Source: a virus (Duplodnaviria > Heunggongvirae > Uroviricota > Caudoviricetes). From it: a DNA stretch of 27,388 nt. Below the pieces are notes generated by a model. The model searched no databases, was not told where the DNA came from, and worked only from the letters and a program-made list of their open reading frames with translations. How positions within the stretch are numbered: the stretch's first letter is position 1; the number at the start of each line of letters is the position of its first letter. This document shows, one piece after another, positions 1 through 12,833 of this stretch. The translations under genes were made by a program, and so were the position numbers. The stretch lies in the IMG/VR virus record IMGVR_UViG_2563366848_000006. One strand, written 5' to 3'.

Positions 1-3020
<3,020 letters not shown>

Positions 3021-3046
<26 letters not shown>

Positions 3047-3566
3047 TCAGCAACCCCGGTATCAGTTCATCCAGCGCGGCTGCTTTGTTCATGGCTTTGA
3101 TGATATCCCGTTTCAGGAAATCAACATGTCGGTTTTCCAGTTCCGGAAAACGCCGCTGCACCGACAGGGGGATCCCGTCGAGAATACTGGCAATTTCACC
3201 TGCGATCCGCGACAGCACGAAAGTACAGAATGCGGTTTCCACCACTTCAGCGGAGTCTCTGGCATTTTTCAGCTCCTGTGCGTCGGCCTGCGCACGCGTA
3301 AGTCGATGGCGTTCGTACTCAATAGTCCCTGGCTGGAGATCTGTCTCGCTGGCCTGCCGCAGTTCTTCAACTTCCCGGCGCAGCTTTTCGTTCTCAATTT
3401 CAGCATCCCTTTCGGCATACCATTTTATGACGGCGGCAGAATCATAAAGCACCTCATTACCCTTGCCACCGCCTCGCAGAACGGGCATTCCCTGTTCCTG
3501 CCAGTTCTGAATGGTACGGATACTCGCACCGAAAATGTCAGCCAGCTGCTTTTTGTTGACTTCCAT
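3021..3566 (-). CDS. nu1: Terminase small subunit Nu1 (181 aa)
   Basis: ORF track 181 aa MEVNKKQLADIFGASIRTIQNWQEQGMPVLRGGGKGNEVLYDS..., recognised as lambda Nu1 (Qin nohA/nohQ equivalent); sits immediately downstream of cos. Confidence 0.95.
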
Positions 3567-3743
3567 TGTTCATTCCACGGACAAAAACAGAGAAAGGAAA
3601 CGACAAAGGCCAAAAAGCCCGCTTTCAGCACCTGTCGTTTCCTTTCTTTTCAGGGGGTATTTTAAATAAAAACATTAAGTTACGACGAAGAAGAACGGAA
3701 ACACCTTAAACCGGAAAATTTTCATAAATAGCGAAAACCCGCG

Positions 3744-3755
3744 AGGTCGCCGCCC
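3744..3755. other. cosN cohesive-end sequence (reverse complement of GGGCGGCGACCT), flanked by terminase-binding cosB region toward Nu1 (~3567-3743)
   Basis: Plus strand reads aggtcgccgccc followed by cgtaacctgtcgg, the lambda right-end/left-end junction; lambda left-end sequence continues in reverse complement into Nu1. Confidence 0.85.
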
Positions 3756-3954
3756 CGTAACCTGTCGGATCACCGGAAAGGACCCGTAAAGTGATAATGA
3801 TTATCATCTACATATCACAACGTGCGTGGAGGCCATCAAACCACGTCAAATAATCAATTATGACGCAGGTATCGTATTAATTGATCTGCATCAACTTAAC
3901 GTAAAAACAACTTCAGACAATACAAATCAGCGACACTGAATACGGGGCAACCTC

Positions 3955-4188
3955 ATGTCAACGAAGAACAGAACCCGCAGAACAACAACCCGCAACATCC
4001 GCTTTCCTAACCAAATGATTGAACAAATTAACATCGCTCTTGAGCAAAAAGGGTCCGGGAATTTCTCAGCCTGGGTCATTGAAGCCTGCCGCCGGAGACT
4101 GTGCTCAGAAAAAAGAGTTTCTTCTGAAGCAAACAAAGAAAAGAGTGACATTACTGAATTGCTCAGAAAACAGGTCAGACCAGATTGA
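3955..4188 (+). CDS. Small ribbon-helix-helix-like DNA-binding protein (77 aa), ynfO-like
   Basis: ORF track 77 aa; basic N-terminal tail (KNRTRRTTTR) then RNIRFPNQMIEQINIALEQKGSGNFSAWVIEA consistent with a beta-strand/helix/turn/helix RHH fold; position next to nohA matches the K-12 Qin gene order as I recall it. Confidence 0.6.
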   Translation: MSTKNRTRRTTTRNIRFPNQMIEQINIALEQKGSGNFSAWVIEACRRRLCSEKRVSSEANKEKSDITELLRKQVRPD

Positions 4189-4245
4189 AGCAATTTAGAT
4201 AATCGTGCAGACTACGCCCCCTCATATCACATGGAAGGTTTATCT

Positions 4246-4656
4246 ATGGATCAGGTAGTCATTTTTAAACAAATATTCGATAAAGTTCGAAACGATTTAA
4301 ACTATCAATGGTTTTATTCTGAGCTAAAACGTCACAATGTCTCACATTACATTTACTATTTAGCCACAGAGAATGTTCATATTGTATTAAAAAATGATAA
4401 TACAGTGTTATTAAAGGGCCTAAAAAACATTGTGTCTGTCAAATTTTCAAAGGATAGGCATCTTATAGAAACGACCTCTAATAAGCTGAAATCCAGAGAG
4501 ATCACATTTCAGGAATACAGAAGAAACCTTGCTAAAGCAGGAGTTTTTCGGTGGGTTACAAATATCCACGAACAAAAAAGATATTACTATACCTTTGATA
4601 ATTCATTACTATTTACTGAAAGCATCCAGAAAACTACACAGATCTTACCACGCTAA
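4246..4656 (+). CDS. Hypothetical protein, ydfO-like (DUF1398-type), ~136 aa
   Basis: ORF track 4231-4656; start more likely the second ATG at 4246, preceded by GGAAGG. AT-rich, N/Y/K-rich composition; 57 bp downstream of the RHH gene on the same strand. Confidence 0.6.
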
Positions 4657-4761
4657 ACCATAACGTCCGGCTTCTCTCACTCCTGAGCCGGACTGCATTG
4701 GTTTAATAAAAACCATCAACAATTGTGATTTAGATATTCGGAACCATTCAAATATAACAAA

Positions 4762-4788
4762 ACCCCGTAAAAACGAGGTTTATGGATA
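4762..4788 (-). terminator. Putative rho-independent terminator downstream of gnsB-like gene
   Basis: Minus strand reads aaacctcg-ttttta-cggggttt followed by a T-rich run (tgttatattt); one wobble/mismatch in the stem. Confidence 0.35.
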
Positions 4789-4807
4789 AATTTTATTATT
4801 GAATACA

Positions 4808-4984
4808 TCAGATTAAATTAATCTTGACATCATAGCTTTCAAGACCCGTCATTTTTTCCCGTGCGGTAAACTGAATACTGGTAACTTCTTTCCCGGTCTT
4901 TTTCTTAAGTTCAATAATTTTTTTTGTTATATATTCAGAAATATCTGCTTCTGCTTTTGTTTTTAAGTTTTCAATATTCATCAT
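4808..4984 (-). CDS. gnsB: GnsA/GnsB-family small protein (~57 aa)
   Basis: Self-translated minus-strand ORF (below the 60-aa track cut-off): MMNIENLKTKAEADISEYITKKIIELKKKTGKEVTSIQFTAREKMTGLESYDVKINLI, recognised as the GnsA/GnsB family. Confidence 0.7.
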   Translation of the reverse strand: MMNIENLKTKAEADISEYITKKIIELKKKTGKEVTSIQFTAREKMTGLESYDVKINLI

Positions 4985-5152
4985 TTCCTCTTTTAGTCTG
5001 TTATGACTTTCCAGTTACACAGTAAGTCGATTATATGGTGCAAACGTGTAAAAGATAAGATGAAACATCGCAATAATCAACATACGATAGTCTAAATTTT
5101 ACACAAACAGACAAAGAGAATTTTCCTGAATTATCAATGCAATAGCATCAAA

Positions 5153-5383
5153 TCAACTCAAGAGCCTTATTGCTGCTTCCAGAATTTCTTCTGAAGTAAC
5201 ATGTCGATCCGCGGCTACATAAATGACTTTATGATCTCCGGTCAGAGATGGAAACCCTGCGGCCATTACAGTAAGGTGTGTTTTTTCGCCATTTGGATAT
5301 TCACGCATGATGGTGTTAACTCCAGTCATCGCTGGCACTACCACTGCTGGTTCAGAGTTAAAAAAAACTATGATTTTTTTCAT
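5153..5383 (-). CDS. Hypothetical small protein (~76 aa)
   Basis: ORF track 5153-5425 begins at a TTG; first ATG gives MKKIIVFFNSEPAVVVPAMTGVNTIMREYPNGEKTHL... No clear Shine-Dalgarno; function unknown. Confidence 0.45.
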   Translation of the reverse strand: MKKIIVFFNSEPAVVVPAMTGVNTIMREYPNGEKTHLTVMAAGFPSLTGDHKVIYVAADRHVTSEEILEAAIRLLS

Positions 5384-5654
5384 GATGTTACCGTAGTATG
5401 TGAGTATCCATCGAATAGACACCAAGCAAAAAAGCTCCCGAAGGAGCCTTCATTTTCACTTTTTTAAATCCAACGACAGACGGCTGGCATTTAAGTATTG
5501 TGAAATATTATCAAATGTAATCATCATTGATTTACAAAAGATACATTTTGCCCCGAAAGGATTCATGTCAGAAACATCAAAAGATGATGTTCTATACTGG
5601 GAACCATGACAACACGGGCATCTAAAGTGAATATGGTTTGTAATATTGTCTACC

Positions 5655-5867
5655 TCAAAGCGCCACTACATGAACAGCGGCAGGACCTTTAGGTCCGTTC
5701 TCAATACCAAATTCAACTTCCTGATTCTCAGTTAATGTTTTAAAATCGTTGCTCTGAATTGCTGAGAAATGGACAAACACATCTTTGCTGCCATCTTTCG
5801 GCGTGATGAAACCAAAACCTTTTTCAGGGTTAAACCATTTCACTAAACCAGTCATTTTGTTAGACAT
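5655..5867 (-). CDS. cspI: Cold-shock protein, CspA family (70 aa), cspI-like
   Basis: [70 protein letters not shown]: canonical CspA-family RNP motifs (KWFN..KGFGFI, VFVHF); position matches cspI in Qin. Long AT-rich 5' leader 5868-6229. Confidence 0.85.
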   Translation of the reverse strand: MSNKMTGLVKWFNPEKGFGFITPKDGSKDVFVHFSAIQSNDFKTLTENQEVEFGIENGPKGPAAVHVVAL

Positions 5868-6229
5868 AATTATTACCTTTTGAAGAAATTAGCCCTTGGG
5901 CAGAATGGTCCGAAAAAAAATATCAGAGAGAAAAACCAACAAGGAAATCTCAAGAGGTACAAATAATAAAATTATAACAATGACTGCTTCAGATAAATTT
6001 GTAACAAACCAGAACACCATTAACGCATGATTAACCACCCATAGCAAGGATTACTTTTGTAAAGAAAAACACAGCAATGAAAGAATAGCTTTATTTATTA
6101 ATAAAACGTGTCATTCTGATTAAGACCTTTTATCTTACCCTTAAGATTTCAGGAATTTTGGCTCATGGAAGAGTCCTTTTTATTTAAATTTTACATTCCG
6201 CGATGTAAATGTTCCGATTTAATATTACC

Positions 6230-7253
<1,024 letters not shown>

Positions 7254-7257
<4 letters not shown>

Positions 7258-7565
7258 AGATATTTATGATGAGGACGCTCGTGCTTATTGGCAGGATTTT
7301 CAATCTTAAAGGAGTACTGATGCTGCAGATAAGACTCAACTTTTTCTGACAATTTTTCTGCTACTTCCAGGAAGACTTGCCGGACGCTCCTTCTGGCTGC
7401 TGCCTCATAAAACTCCAGCGCAGCTCCTTCAACACGGTCCATGGCGACATCCAGGTCAAAAATTTCACCGTCAAAGCGTTCTTTGTCCTGTAAGGCTACA
7501 GTTACCGTAACTTTATTCTCAAAATTACGGACTCCTTTCACAACCAGTTCATAGTCTTGAGTCAT
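7254..7565 (-). CDS. ydfR: Hypothetical protein, ydfR-like (103 aa), inserted between holin and endolysin
   Basis: ORF track 103 aa MTQDYELVVKGVRNFENKVTVTVALQDKERFDGEIFDLD...; tight 4-bp overlap with the endolysin start; matches the Qin gene order. Confidence 0.7.
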
Positions 7566-7569
7566 TGGA

Positions 7570-7785
7570 TTACTCTCCTCTCGCAGCCTTACGCCTGTCT
7601 TCTTTAATCTTGAAATAAAGATTTGTCAGATACGTCAGCAGGCCAAAAACCAGGCTACCCAGCACACCGATTGCAGCCCACTGTGACGGAGTTACTTTAT
7701 CGAGTAACTGCAATGCCCAGAAACCAGCATTACCCGCCGATGTGCCATAGGCAACACCTGTTGTTAACTTATCCATTGATTTCAT
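7570..7785 (-). CDS. essQ: Holin, phage 21 S-type (pinholin-like), dual-start motif MKSM
   Basis: ORF track 7570-7860 begins at an upstream alternative start; likely start [71 protein letters not shown] (71 aa), two TM segments, charged C-terminus; very similar to S21 by recognition. Confidence 0.85.
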   Translation of the reverse strand: MKSMDKLTTGVAYGTSAGNAGFWALQLLDKVTPSQWAAIGVLGSLVFGLLTYLTNLYFKIKEDRRKAARGE

Positions 7786-8004
7786 ATCCTCACCCCGATG
7801 TACACGGATGGTGCAATATGTTTGAAAAGATCGGAGTCTACGGGGTAGTTTTGACAGCACACGTTGTTCTCAACGGCGCTAAAAAAACATACACATTAAA
7901 AATGTGGGTAATTATTTTGAAAGAAAGTCATATATAAAATAATAATACGAGAAATGTTTTCATATTTAGTGTACTGTATACGGCCATTTATACAGGAAAA
8001 GCCT

Positions 8005-8175
8005 ATGTCAGAACGTAAAAACTCAAAATCACGCCGTAATTATCTCGTTAAATGTTCCTGCCCAAACTGCACCCAAGAGTCAGAACACAGTTTTTCAAGA
8101 GTACAAAAAGGTGCCCTTTTGATCTGCCCTCATTGCAACAAAGTATTCCAGACAAATCTTAAAGCTGTAGCCTGA
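8005..8175 (+). CDS. Small zinc-ribbon-like protein (~56 aa), antisense to late transcription
   Basis: From the internal ATG preceded by GGAA: MSERKNSKSRRNYLVKCSCPNCTQESEHSFSRVQKGALLICPHCNKVFQTNLKAVA; two Cys pairs (CSCPNC, CPHC). May correspond to a small Qin protein (ynfU-like), from memory. Confidence 0.5.
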   Translation: MSERKNSKSRRNYLVKCSCPNCTQESEHSFSRVQKGALLICPHCNKVFQTNLKAVA

Positions 8176-8235
8176 TTGATTTTATTAGTAACAAGTATTT
8201 TTTATATTTTAATAATATATTTAAAGCAGATAATA

Positions 8236-8262
8236 AAAAACCCGCCTGAGCGGGTTTGAGAT
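8236..8262 (-). terminator. Rho-independent terminator downstream of cspB
   Basis: Plus aaaaaacccgcctgagcgggttt; on the minus strand the hairpin aaacccgc-tcag-gcgggtt is followed by tttttta. Confidence 0.5.
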
Positions 8263-8538
8263 TGTGGTGCTTTTTGTGGGAGTCATCCACTTACGCACTT
8301 TGTTTTGCCATGCCAGCAGTTAGCTTCTGCTGTAAAACTATTCATGCAGCAAACCTGCACTTCACCACAATGGTTAGCATACTTTTCCTGATTAAGATTT
8401 TGCCAAATATGCTAGCCATTGTTTCATGTATTGGACCTCCTTACTTTTTATTAAAGAGATCCAATATTCACTACTCTGTCCGTATCTCTACTCAGGCATC
8501 AGCCTTCTTCGTTATCGTATACAGACGAGCGATGAATT

Positions 8539-8754
8539 TTAATCAGTAATGATGACATTTGCTGCTGCAGGACCTTTAGCACCACTCTCTATAGAGAAGG
8601 TAACCTTTTGACCTTCAAATAAGGTTCGATAATTATCATTCTGAATCGCAGAAAAATGCACAAACACATCTTTACTACCATCAACAGGAGAAATAAAGCC
8701 GAAACCTTTATCAGCGTTAAACCATTTTACTAAACCAGTCATTTTATTTGACAT
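8539..8754 (-). CDS. cspB: Cold-shock protein CspB-like (71 aa)
   Basis: [71 protein letters not shown]; CspA family, recognised as CspB; long 5' leader 8755-9050. Confidence 0.9.
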   Translation of the reverse strand: MSNKMTGLVKWFNADKGFGFISPVDGSKDVFVHFSAIQNDNYRTLFEGQKVTFSIESGAKGPAAANVIITD

Positions 8755-9054
8755 TCTACATTCCTTAACTTGAGCCTTTCGGCATAAATGGTTTGCATAA
8801 CAGAAACGACTTCGTACTTAATTGGAGAGACTCAAAGAAGGAATAAGTGAATAACACCTGAAATGAGAACTGCTTTAGTAAACTACTTCGTATATCGTCT
8901 GTTCTTCAAACCGACGCAATCATTAACGCATAGTTGAACATATGAAGCAATGTTTATTTTAGACATCCAGCCATCTTCAACCCCATCAAAAAACTATAGC
9001 TTTCTTCAGGAACGTGTGTATAGTGCGCCAAGTTATCAGTATTAAGGAATTTTT

Positions 9055-9267
9055 TTGTCCCGTAAAATGACAGGAATTGTCAAAACCTTTGACGGCAAAA
9101 GCGGCAAGGGTCTTATCACCCCATCCGATGGTCGTATCGATGTCCAGCTTCATGTTTCAGCGCTCAATCTCCGCGATGCAGAAGAAATTACCACCGGATT
9201 ACGCGTGGAATTTTGCCGGATAAATGGTCTGCGTGGCCCTTCAGCTGCCAATGTTTACCTTTCATGA
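9055..9267 (+). CDS. cspF: Cold-shock-like protein CspF/CspH-type (70 aa)
   Basis: [70 protein letters not shown]; divergent Csp paralogue lacking the canonical RNP aromatic residues; divergently oriented from cspB. Confidence 0.85.
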
Positions 9268-9321
9268 GCTATATTAAAGCTTTAATTTCAGGCCCCATCG
9301 GATCACACATGGAGAGTTTTT

Positions 9322-9411
9322 ATGAATAACCCCGTCTGTCTTGATGACTGGTTGATTGGCTTTAAAAGCTTATGCTGTACTTTGGCCGTAATAGCTCTGC
9401 TAATAATATAA
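9322..9411 (+). CDS. Candidate small hydrophobic peptide (29 aa)
   Basis: Self-found ORF with GGAGAG 6 nt upstream of ATG: [29 protein letters not shown]; single predicted TM segment. Below the track cut-off; speculative. Confidence 0.3.
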
Positions 9412-9554
9412 TAAGCAGACTCATTGTGTTTAGGGACATTGTACTGGAAGAAAACATTTTAAACATCAGGCAAATAACCAAGTCACCAGCTAAATAATAA
9501 GTTAACAGACATGAGTCCCGGGATGAGATTCAACATTACCATTGCCCCATTTAA

Positions 9555-9590
9555 AGCACAAAACCCGCTCATCAGCGGGTTTTCTACTTT
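9555..9590. terminator. Bidirectional rho-independent terminator (tR'-like for late transcription; also terminates cspF)
   Basis: aaacccgctc-atc-agcgggttt hairpin with T-runs on both strands (plus: ttttctacttttt; minus: ttttgtgcttt). Confidence 0.6.
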
Positions 9591-9628
9591 TTCTTAACGT
9601 CGGGTATACAAAGCCCATCGTTGAAAAA

Positions 9629-9657
9629 ATTTTATCCATATTTTTTGAAAAATGCAA
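9629..9657 (-). promoter_or_regulatory. Candidate late promoter (PR'-like) just downstream of Q: -35 TTGCAT, 17-bp spacer, -10 TAAAAT
   Basis: Minus strand reads TTGCAT-(17 nt)-TAAAAT, followed within ~40-60 nt by the terminator at 9555-9590, the same promoter/terminator layout as lambda PR'-qut-tR'. Confidence 0.5.
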
Positions 9658-9688
9658 ACATCATGTCGCCATCTTCAGCAAAAATCAT

Positions 9689-10441
9689 TTATCTCGTCAC
9701 CTTCCTCAATTGCGCTTCCGCGTATGCTTCTTCCTGCCAGCACTTTGTTACCAGTTTACCAATGACGTCCGCATACCCCTTATACCACTGATAATCGGTC
9801 AGGTCTGGTACCAGCTTCTGGACATGACGTCGTGCCAGCGTGGTCGGTAAACGACTAAACCGGTTTCCATTACAACGCCCACAAATCTTATATACCGGTA
9901 CGCCATGAAACCGGGTTCTTTTTTCATCCAGAACAATCCCTTTACCCTTACACCCTCTGCACGCTGTGCTGGCTTCGCCCTTACCATGGCAATGCTGACA
10001 TAGTTCCTTCACCCATTCTTCCTTGATTACAGATTCCCCGCGTCTGTAGTGTTTCACCACTTCGCGCAATACATTATAAAATCCCGTACCTGAACAATGC
10101 TCACAGCGAGCCTTACTTGCCGCAGACCTGGAGTAATCAGCAAAGGCAAAACTCACGAGGTAAGGAATAATCTGTAACCGGATTTCTTCACTCAATTTGT
10201 TCAATGTCGGGTTATCCAGTGCCATCGCGTAATTTAGCAGGCCTTCAATCGCAAACTGAGGGTCCTGAACACCAACTTTTGCCAGAAATAAGGCCAACCC
10301 AAGTGGTGCTTTCGACTGCACCATCCCCTGCGCTGCCATTACATCCGTAATTGTTAAACAACCGGTGCCTGTCGCTGGAGCGTCATCGCTCAATTTTGGA
10401 GATTTTGGGGAGTAATATTTTGGTAAGGCTTCAAGGTTCAT
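9689..10441 (-). CDS. quuQ: Late-gene antiterminator Q homologue (~250 aa)
   Basis: ORF track 9689-10471; likely start MNLEALPKYY preceded by GGAGAA. Contains four CxxCxGxG-type repeats (CEHCSGTG, CQHCHGKG, CRGCKGKG, CGRCNGN). Recognised as QuuQ/YdfT-like. Confidence 0.8.
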   Translation of the reverse strand: MNLEALPKYYSPKSPKLSDDAPATGTGCLTITDVMAAQGMVQSKAPLGLALFLAKVGVQDPQFAIEGLLNYAMALDNPTLNKLSEEIRLQIIPYLVSFAFADYSRSAASKARCEHCSGTGFYNVLREVVKHYRRGESVIKEEWVKELCQHCHGKGEASTACRGCKGKGIVLDEKRTRFHGVPVYKICGRCNGNRFSRLPTTLARRHVQKLVPDLTDYQWYKGYADVIGKLVTKCWQEEAYAEAQLRKVTR

Positions 10442-10454
10442 GCTCGTTCTCCAC

Positions 10455-11543
10455 TTACGCCAGTACGCCAATTGCCAGCGCGCGATCGATAAAACGAAAT
10501 ATCAGCTCCAGTTGGGAGCCATACTTATCTTCAAATGCCACTGTATCCGTATGCAGCTCGTTGTGATGCTTTCTGCACAAAGGCAACACAAAGAGATCAT
10601 GTGCTTTTGTTCCCATTCCGCCCTGCCCGTGACCAATCAGATGATGCGGATCGTCGGCTGGCATACCGCAGCAAGCACACGGCTGTGTCTTAACCCAACG
10701 TGTGTATTTCTCCTTAACCCAGCGGCGACGTTTAGGCAGCTTCATGAAAGATTCCGGAGACTCTGGATCAACGGTGATGCTTACCACCGTCTTTTCCTGT
10801 GGTGATTTTTGTTGCTGGTGGGCGTAAGGCAACGGTGCAAGATTTTTTGTGCGTTGTTTCAATATGCTGGTGGCGGTCTGCTCTCCCGGTACGATGTCGC
10901 TTTCGCGGTACACCGAGCAGATTTTTTCCGCTGGTAATCCCAGCGAACGACGCGATACAGCCTCAGGTAGTGCATCCACCACCTGATTGCAGACCGCCCA
11001 CCAGGATAATTCAGCCAAAGATAATTCCCGCTCCTGCGTACCGCTTATTGCGTGACGGATGACGTCAATCACCCATGCTGTCAGATTTTGTTGAGCAAGC
11101 AGCTCCAGTGATTCCGATGTCTGGTCACGCAGTTGGTTGTCGCAGTGCCAGCACAACACCATTGCGCCGGTACCATAACGGTGAATGACTGTTTCAGTGT
11201 GATGGTAATCGCCATTAGGCCACTGGCAGGATGTAACATGACGTAATAGCCAGTCGGACAATGCGCCAACGCCGCCAGCAGCACGAATCACCCGTTCGTT
11301 ACTAAAAAACGGCAGCAATGTTTTGTCTTCCGCCAGCGGCTGGCGAACGGCAGGAACGACTCCGGATGGCAGATTACGCATGCTTTTTGGTTCCGGTTCC
11401 ACCAGCACTCGAGGATTATGAAATATCTGTATGGATTCACGGCCCGGCTTAAGGACCACCAGCCCAAGCTCAGGCACCAGAACAGGTCTAAGTAATACCC
11501 GCACGTTACCTCCAGATCCGTTGCTGGAAAGTGCGGGACGCAC
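10455..11543 (-). CDS. ydfU: YdfU-like protein (DUF968) with C-terminal HNH/His-Me-finger-like motif
   Basis: ORF track 362 aa; C-terminus CACCGMPADDPHHLIGHGQGGMGTKAHDLFVLPLCRKHHNELH resembles the HNH nuclease signature (Cys pair, HH, GG, conserved N/H). Confidence 0.75.
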   Translation of the reverse strand: MRPALSSNGSGGNVRVLLRPVLVPELGLVVLKPGRESIQIFHNPRVLVEPEPKSMRNLPSGVVPAVRQPLAEDKTLLPFFSNERVIRAAGGVGALSDWLLRHVTSCQWPNGDYHHTETVIHRYGTGAMVLCWHCDNQLRDQTSESLELLAQQNLTAWVIDVIRHAISGTQERELSLAELSWWAVCNQVVDALPEAVSRRSLGLPAEKICSVYRESDIVPGEQTATSILKQRTKNLAPLPYAHQQQKSPQEKTVVSITVDPESPESFMKLPKRRRWVKEKYTRWVKTQPCACCGMPADDPHHLIGHGQGGMGTKAHDLFVLPLCRKHHNELHTDTVAFEDKYGSQLELIFRFIDRALAIGVLA

Positions 11544-11784
11544 GTGGTGGGCGTTCGGAATAAGGCAGCCTGACAGAGATTATCCAGTGCCGATAGTCGA
11601 GACTGAGAGCTTTCTTAACCTCGAACCCGCGCCTGCGGTAAGAATGAATCAGCCATTCGGCCTGTTCTGCAGTGCATGGAGGGTGCTGGAACCATTCAGA
11701 CTTGAATGCGTGAGAATACCGCCCGTGCGTGCAGGCAAGAACGGGCGAATTATCAGAATTGTAATATTTTGCGTTGCGTGCCAT
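11506..11784 (-). CDS. rem: Rem-like hypothetical protein
   Basis: ORF track 92 aa MARNAKYYNSDNSPVLACTHGRYSHAFKSEWFQHPP...; position between ydfU and hokD matches rem in Qin (from memory). Confidence 0.6.
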   Translation of the reverse strand: MARNAKYYNSDNSPVLACTHGRYSHAFKSEWFQHPPCTAEQAEWLIHSYRRRGFEVKKALSLDYRHWIISVRLPYSERPPRASRTFQQRIWR

Positions 11785-11850
11785 CGGTTTTCTCCGGTGG
11801 CACGGTGTTACTCAGCGGGAGTTCAGCCCCGCGCAAGATTGTAGATGAGT

Positions 11851-12102
11851 TTATTCTCCTGAAAAAGCAGAAAAGCCAGCTTTTATTCCGATCTCTTTCA
11901 ATGCCTGTAATGAAGTGACAAACTCACCTTCGCGCAAGATAAATCCGTCCGTGACCCGAGCATCCACAAAATTAATTAACGCAGCCCCATTCTTTCGCAA
12001 ACACATAATGCGGTAATGACTAACAAGATTTCCATTTTCAACGCACACAGCATAGAGGCCATCTTCACAAAAAATTTTACGCAGTTCTTCGATGTTCATC
12101 AT
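11851..12102 (-). CDS. Hypothetical protein (83 aa)
   Basis: ORF track 83 aa MMNIEELRKIFCEDGLYAVCVENGNLVSHY...; GGAAGG upstream of ATG; no recognisable family. Confidence 0.45.
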   Translation of the reverse strand: MMNIEELRKIFCEDGLYAVCVENGNLVSHYRIMCLRKNGAALINFVDARVTDGFILREGEFVTSLQALKEIGIKAGFSAFSGE

Positions 12103-12224
12103 CAGAATCCTTCCGGATAATTAGCTCTCCCCTTTAAGGGACCATCCCTCTTATCCCTGCGCGCTACTTAAGTATTTTTGATTCTATTCCGGCACCGTCC
12201 AGAACTTCAAACGCGTTGAAAATA

Positions 12225-12252
12225 AAAACAAAAACCCGCCGAAGCGGGTTAA
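12225..12252 (-). terminator. Rho-independent terminator downstream of hokD
   Basis: Minus strand aacccgc-ttcg-gcgggtt followed by tttttgttttta. Confidence 0.5.
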
Positions 12253-12318
12253 GTGCGGGTGCGTTGAGGATGCCTGCCACATCAGAGGTGGCGAGGGATT
12301 TCTCCCCCGCCGGGTCTC

Positions 12319-12474
12319 TTACTCCTCAGGTTCGTAAGCTGTGAAGACAGCGACCTCCGTCTGGCCGGTTCGGATTCGTACCTCGCAGAGGTCTTTCCTC
12401 GTTACCAGTGCCGTCACTATGACGGTTAAACAGATGACGATCAGGGCGATTAACATCGCCTTTTGCTGCTTCAT
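12319..12474 (-). CDS. hokD: Hok-family type I toxin HokD (51 aa)
   Basis: Self-translated: MKQQKAMLIALIVICLTVIVTALVTRKDLCEVRIRTGQTEVAVFTAYEPEE; recognised as HokD (RelF). Below the track cut-off. Confidence 0.85.
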   Translation of the reverse strand: MKQQKAMLIALIVICLTVIVTALVTRKDLCEVRIRTGQTEVAVFTAYEPEE

Positions 12475-12545
12475 AGCCTGCTTCTCCTGTCAACGCAAAG
12501 CAGAAGTGTCACCTTCGGTGCGAAACAGAGATGTCATGCTTTGGT

Positions 12546-12833
12546 TCAGAGAATGCGTTTGACCGCCTCGCTATATACTTCCGAGCGTTCTCTTTTCCCA
12601 ACAGAAATCACGAAAACGACAACTTTCTCGTCTATAACCTGGTATACAAGGCGATAGCCTGAAGACCGGAGCTTAATCTTGTAACAATCAGGCATACCAC
12701 GGAGCTTGTTTGCTTCAATCCGGGGTGACTCAAGTACTTCAACCAGCTTCTTTTTCAACTGTTCACGTACCGTCGAGCCCAGCTTTCGCCATTCCTTTAG
12801 TGCCCGCTCGTCAAAATCCAGAAAATACGCCAT
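12546..12833 (-). CDS. relE: RelE mRNA-interferase toxin (95 aa)
   Basis: ORF track 95 aa MAYFLDFDERALKEWRKLGSTVREQLKKKLVEVLESPRIEANKLRGMPDCYKIKLRSSGYRLVYQVIDEKVVVFVISVGKRERSEVYSEAVKRIL, recognised as RelE. Confidence 0.95.
   Translation of the reverse strand: MAYFLDFDERALKEWRKLGSTVREQLKKKLVEVLESPRIEANKLRGMPDCYKIKLRSSGYRLVYQVIDEKVVVFVISVGKRERSEVYSEAVKRIL

Noticed and set aside
8256-8549. 97-aa plus-strand ORF between the zinc-ribbon ORF and cspB
   Set aside because: Overlaps the cspB terminator and 3' end on the opposite strand, has no ribosome-binding site, and has low-complexity hydrophobic composition.
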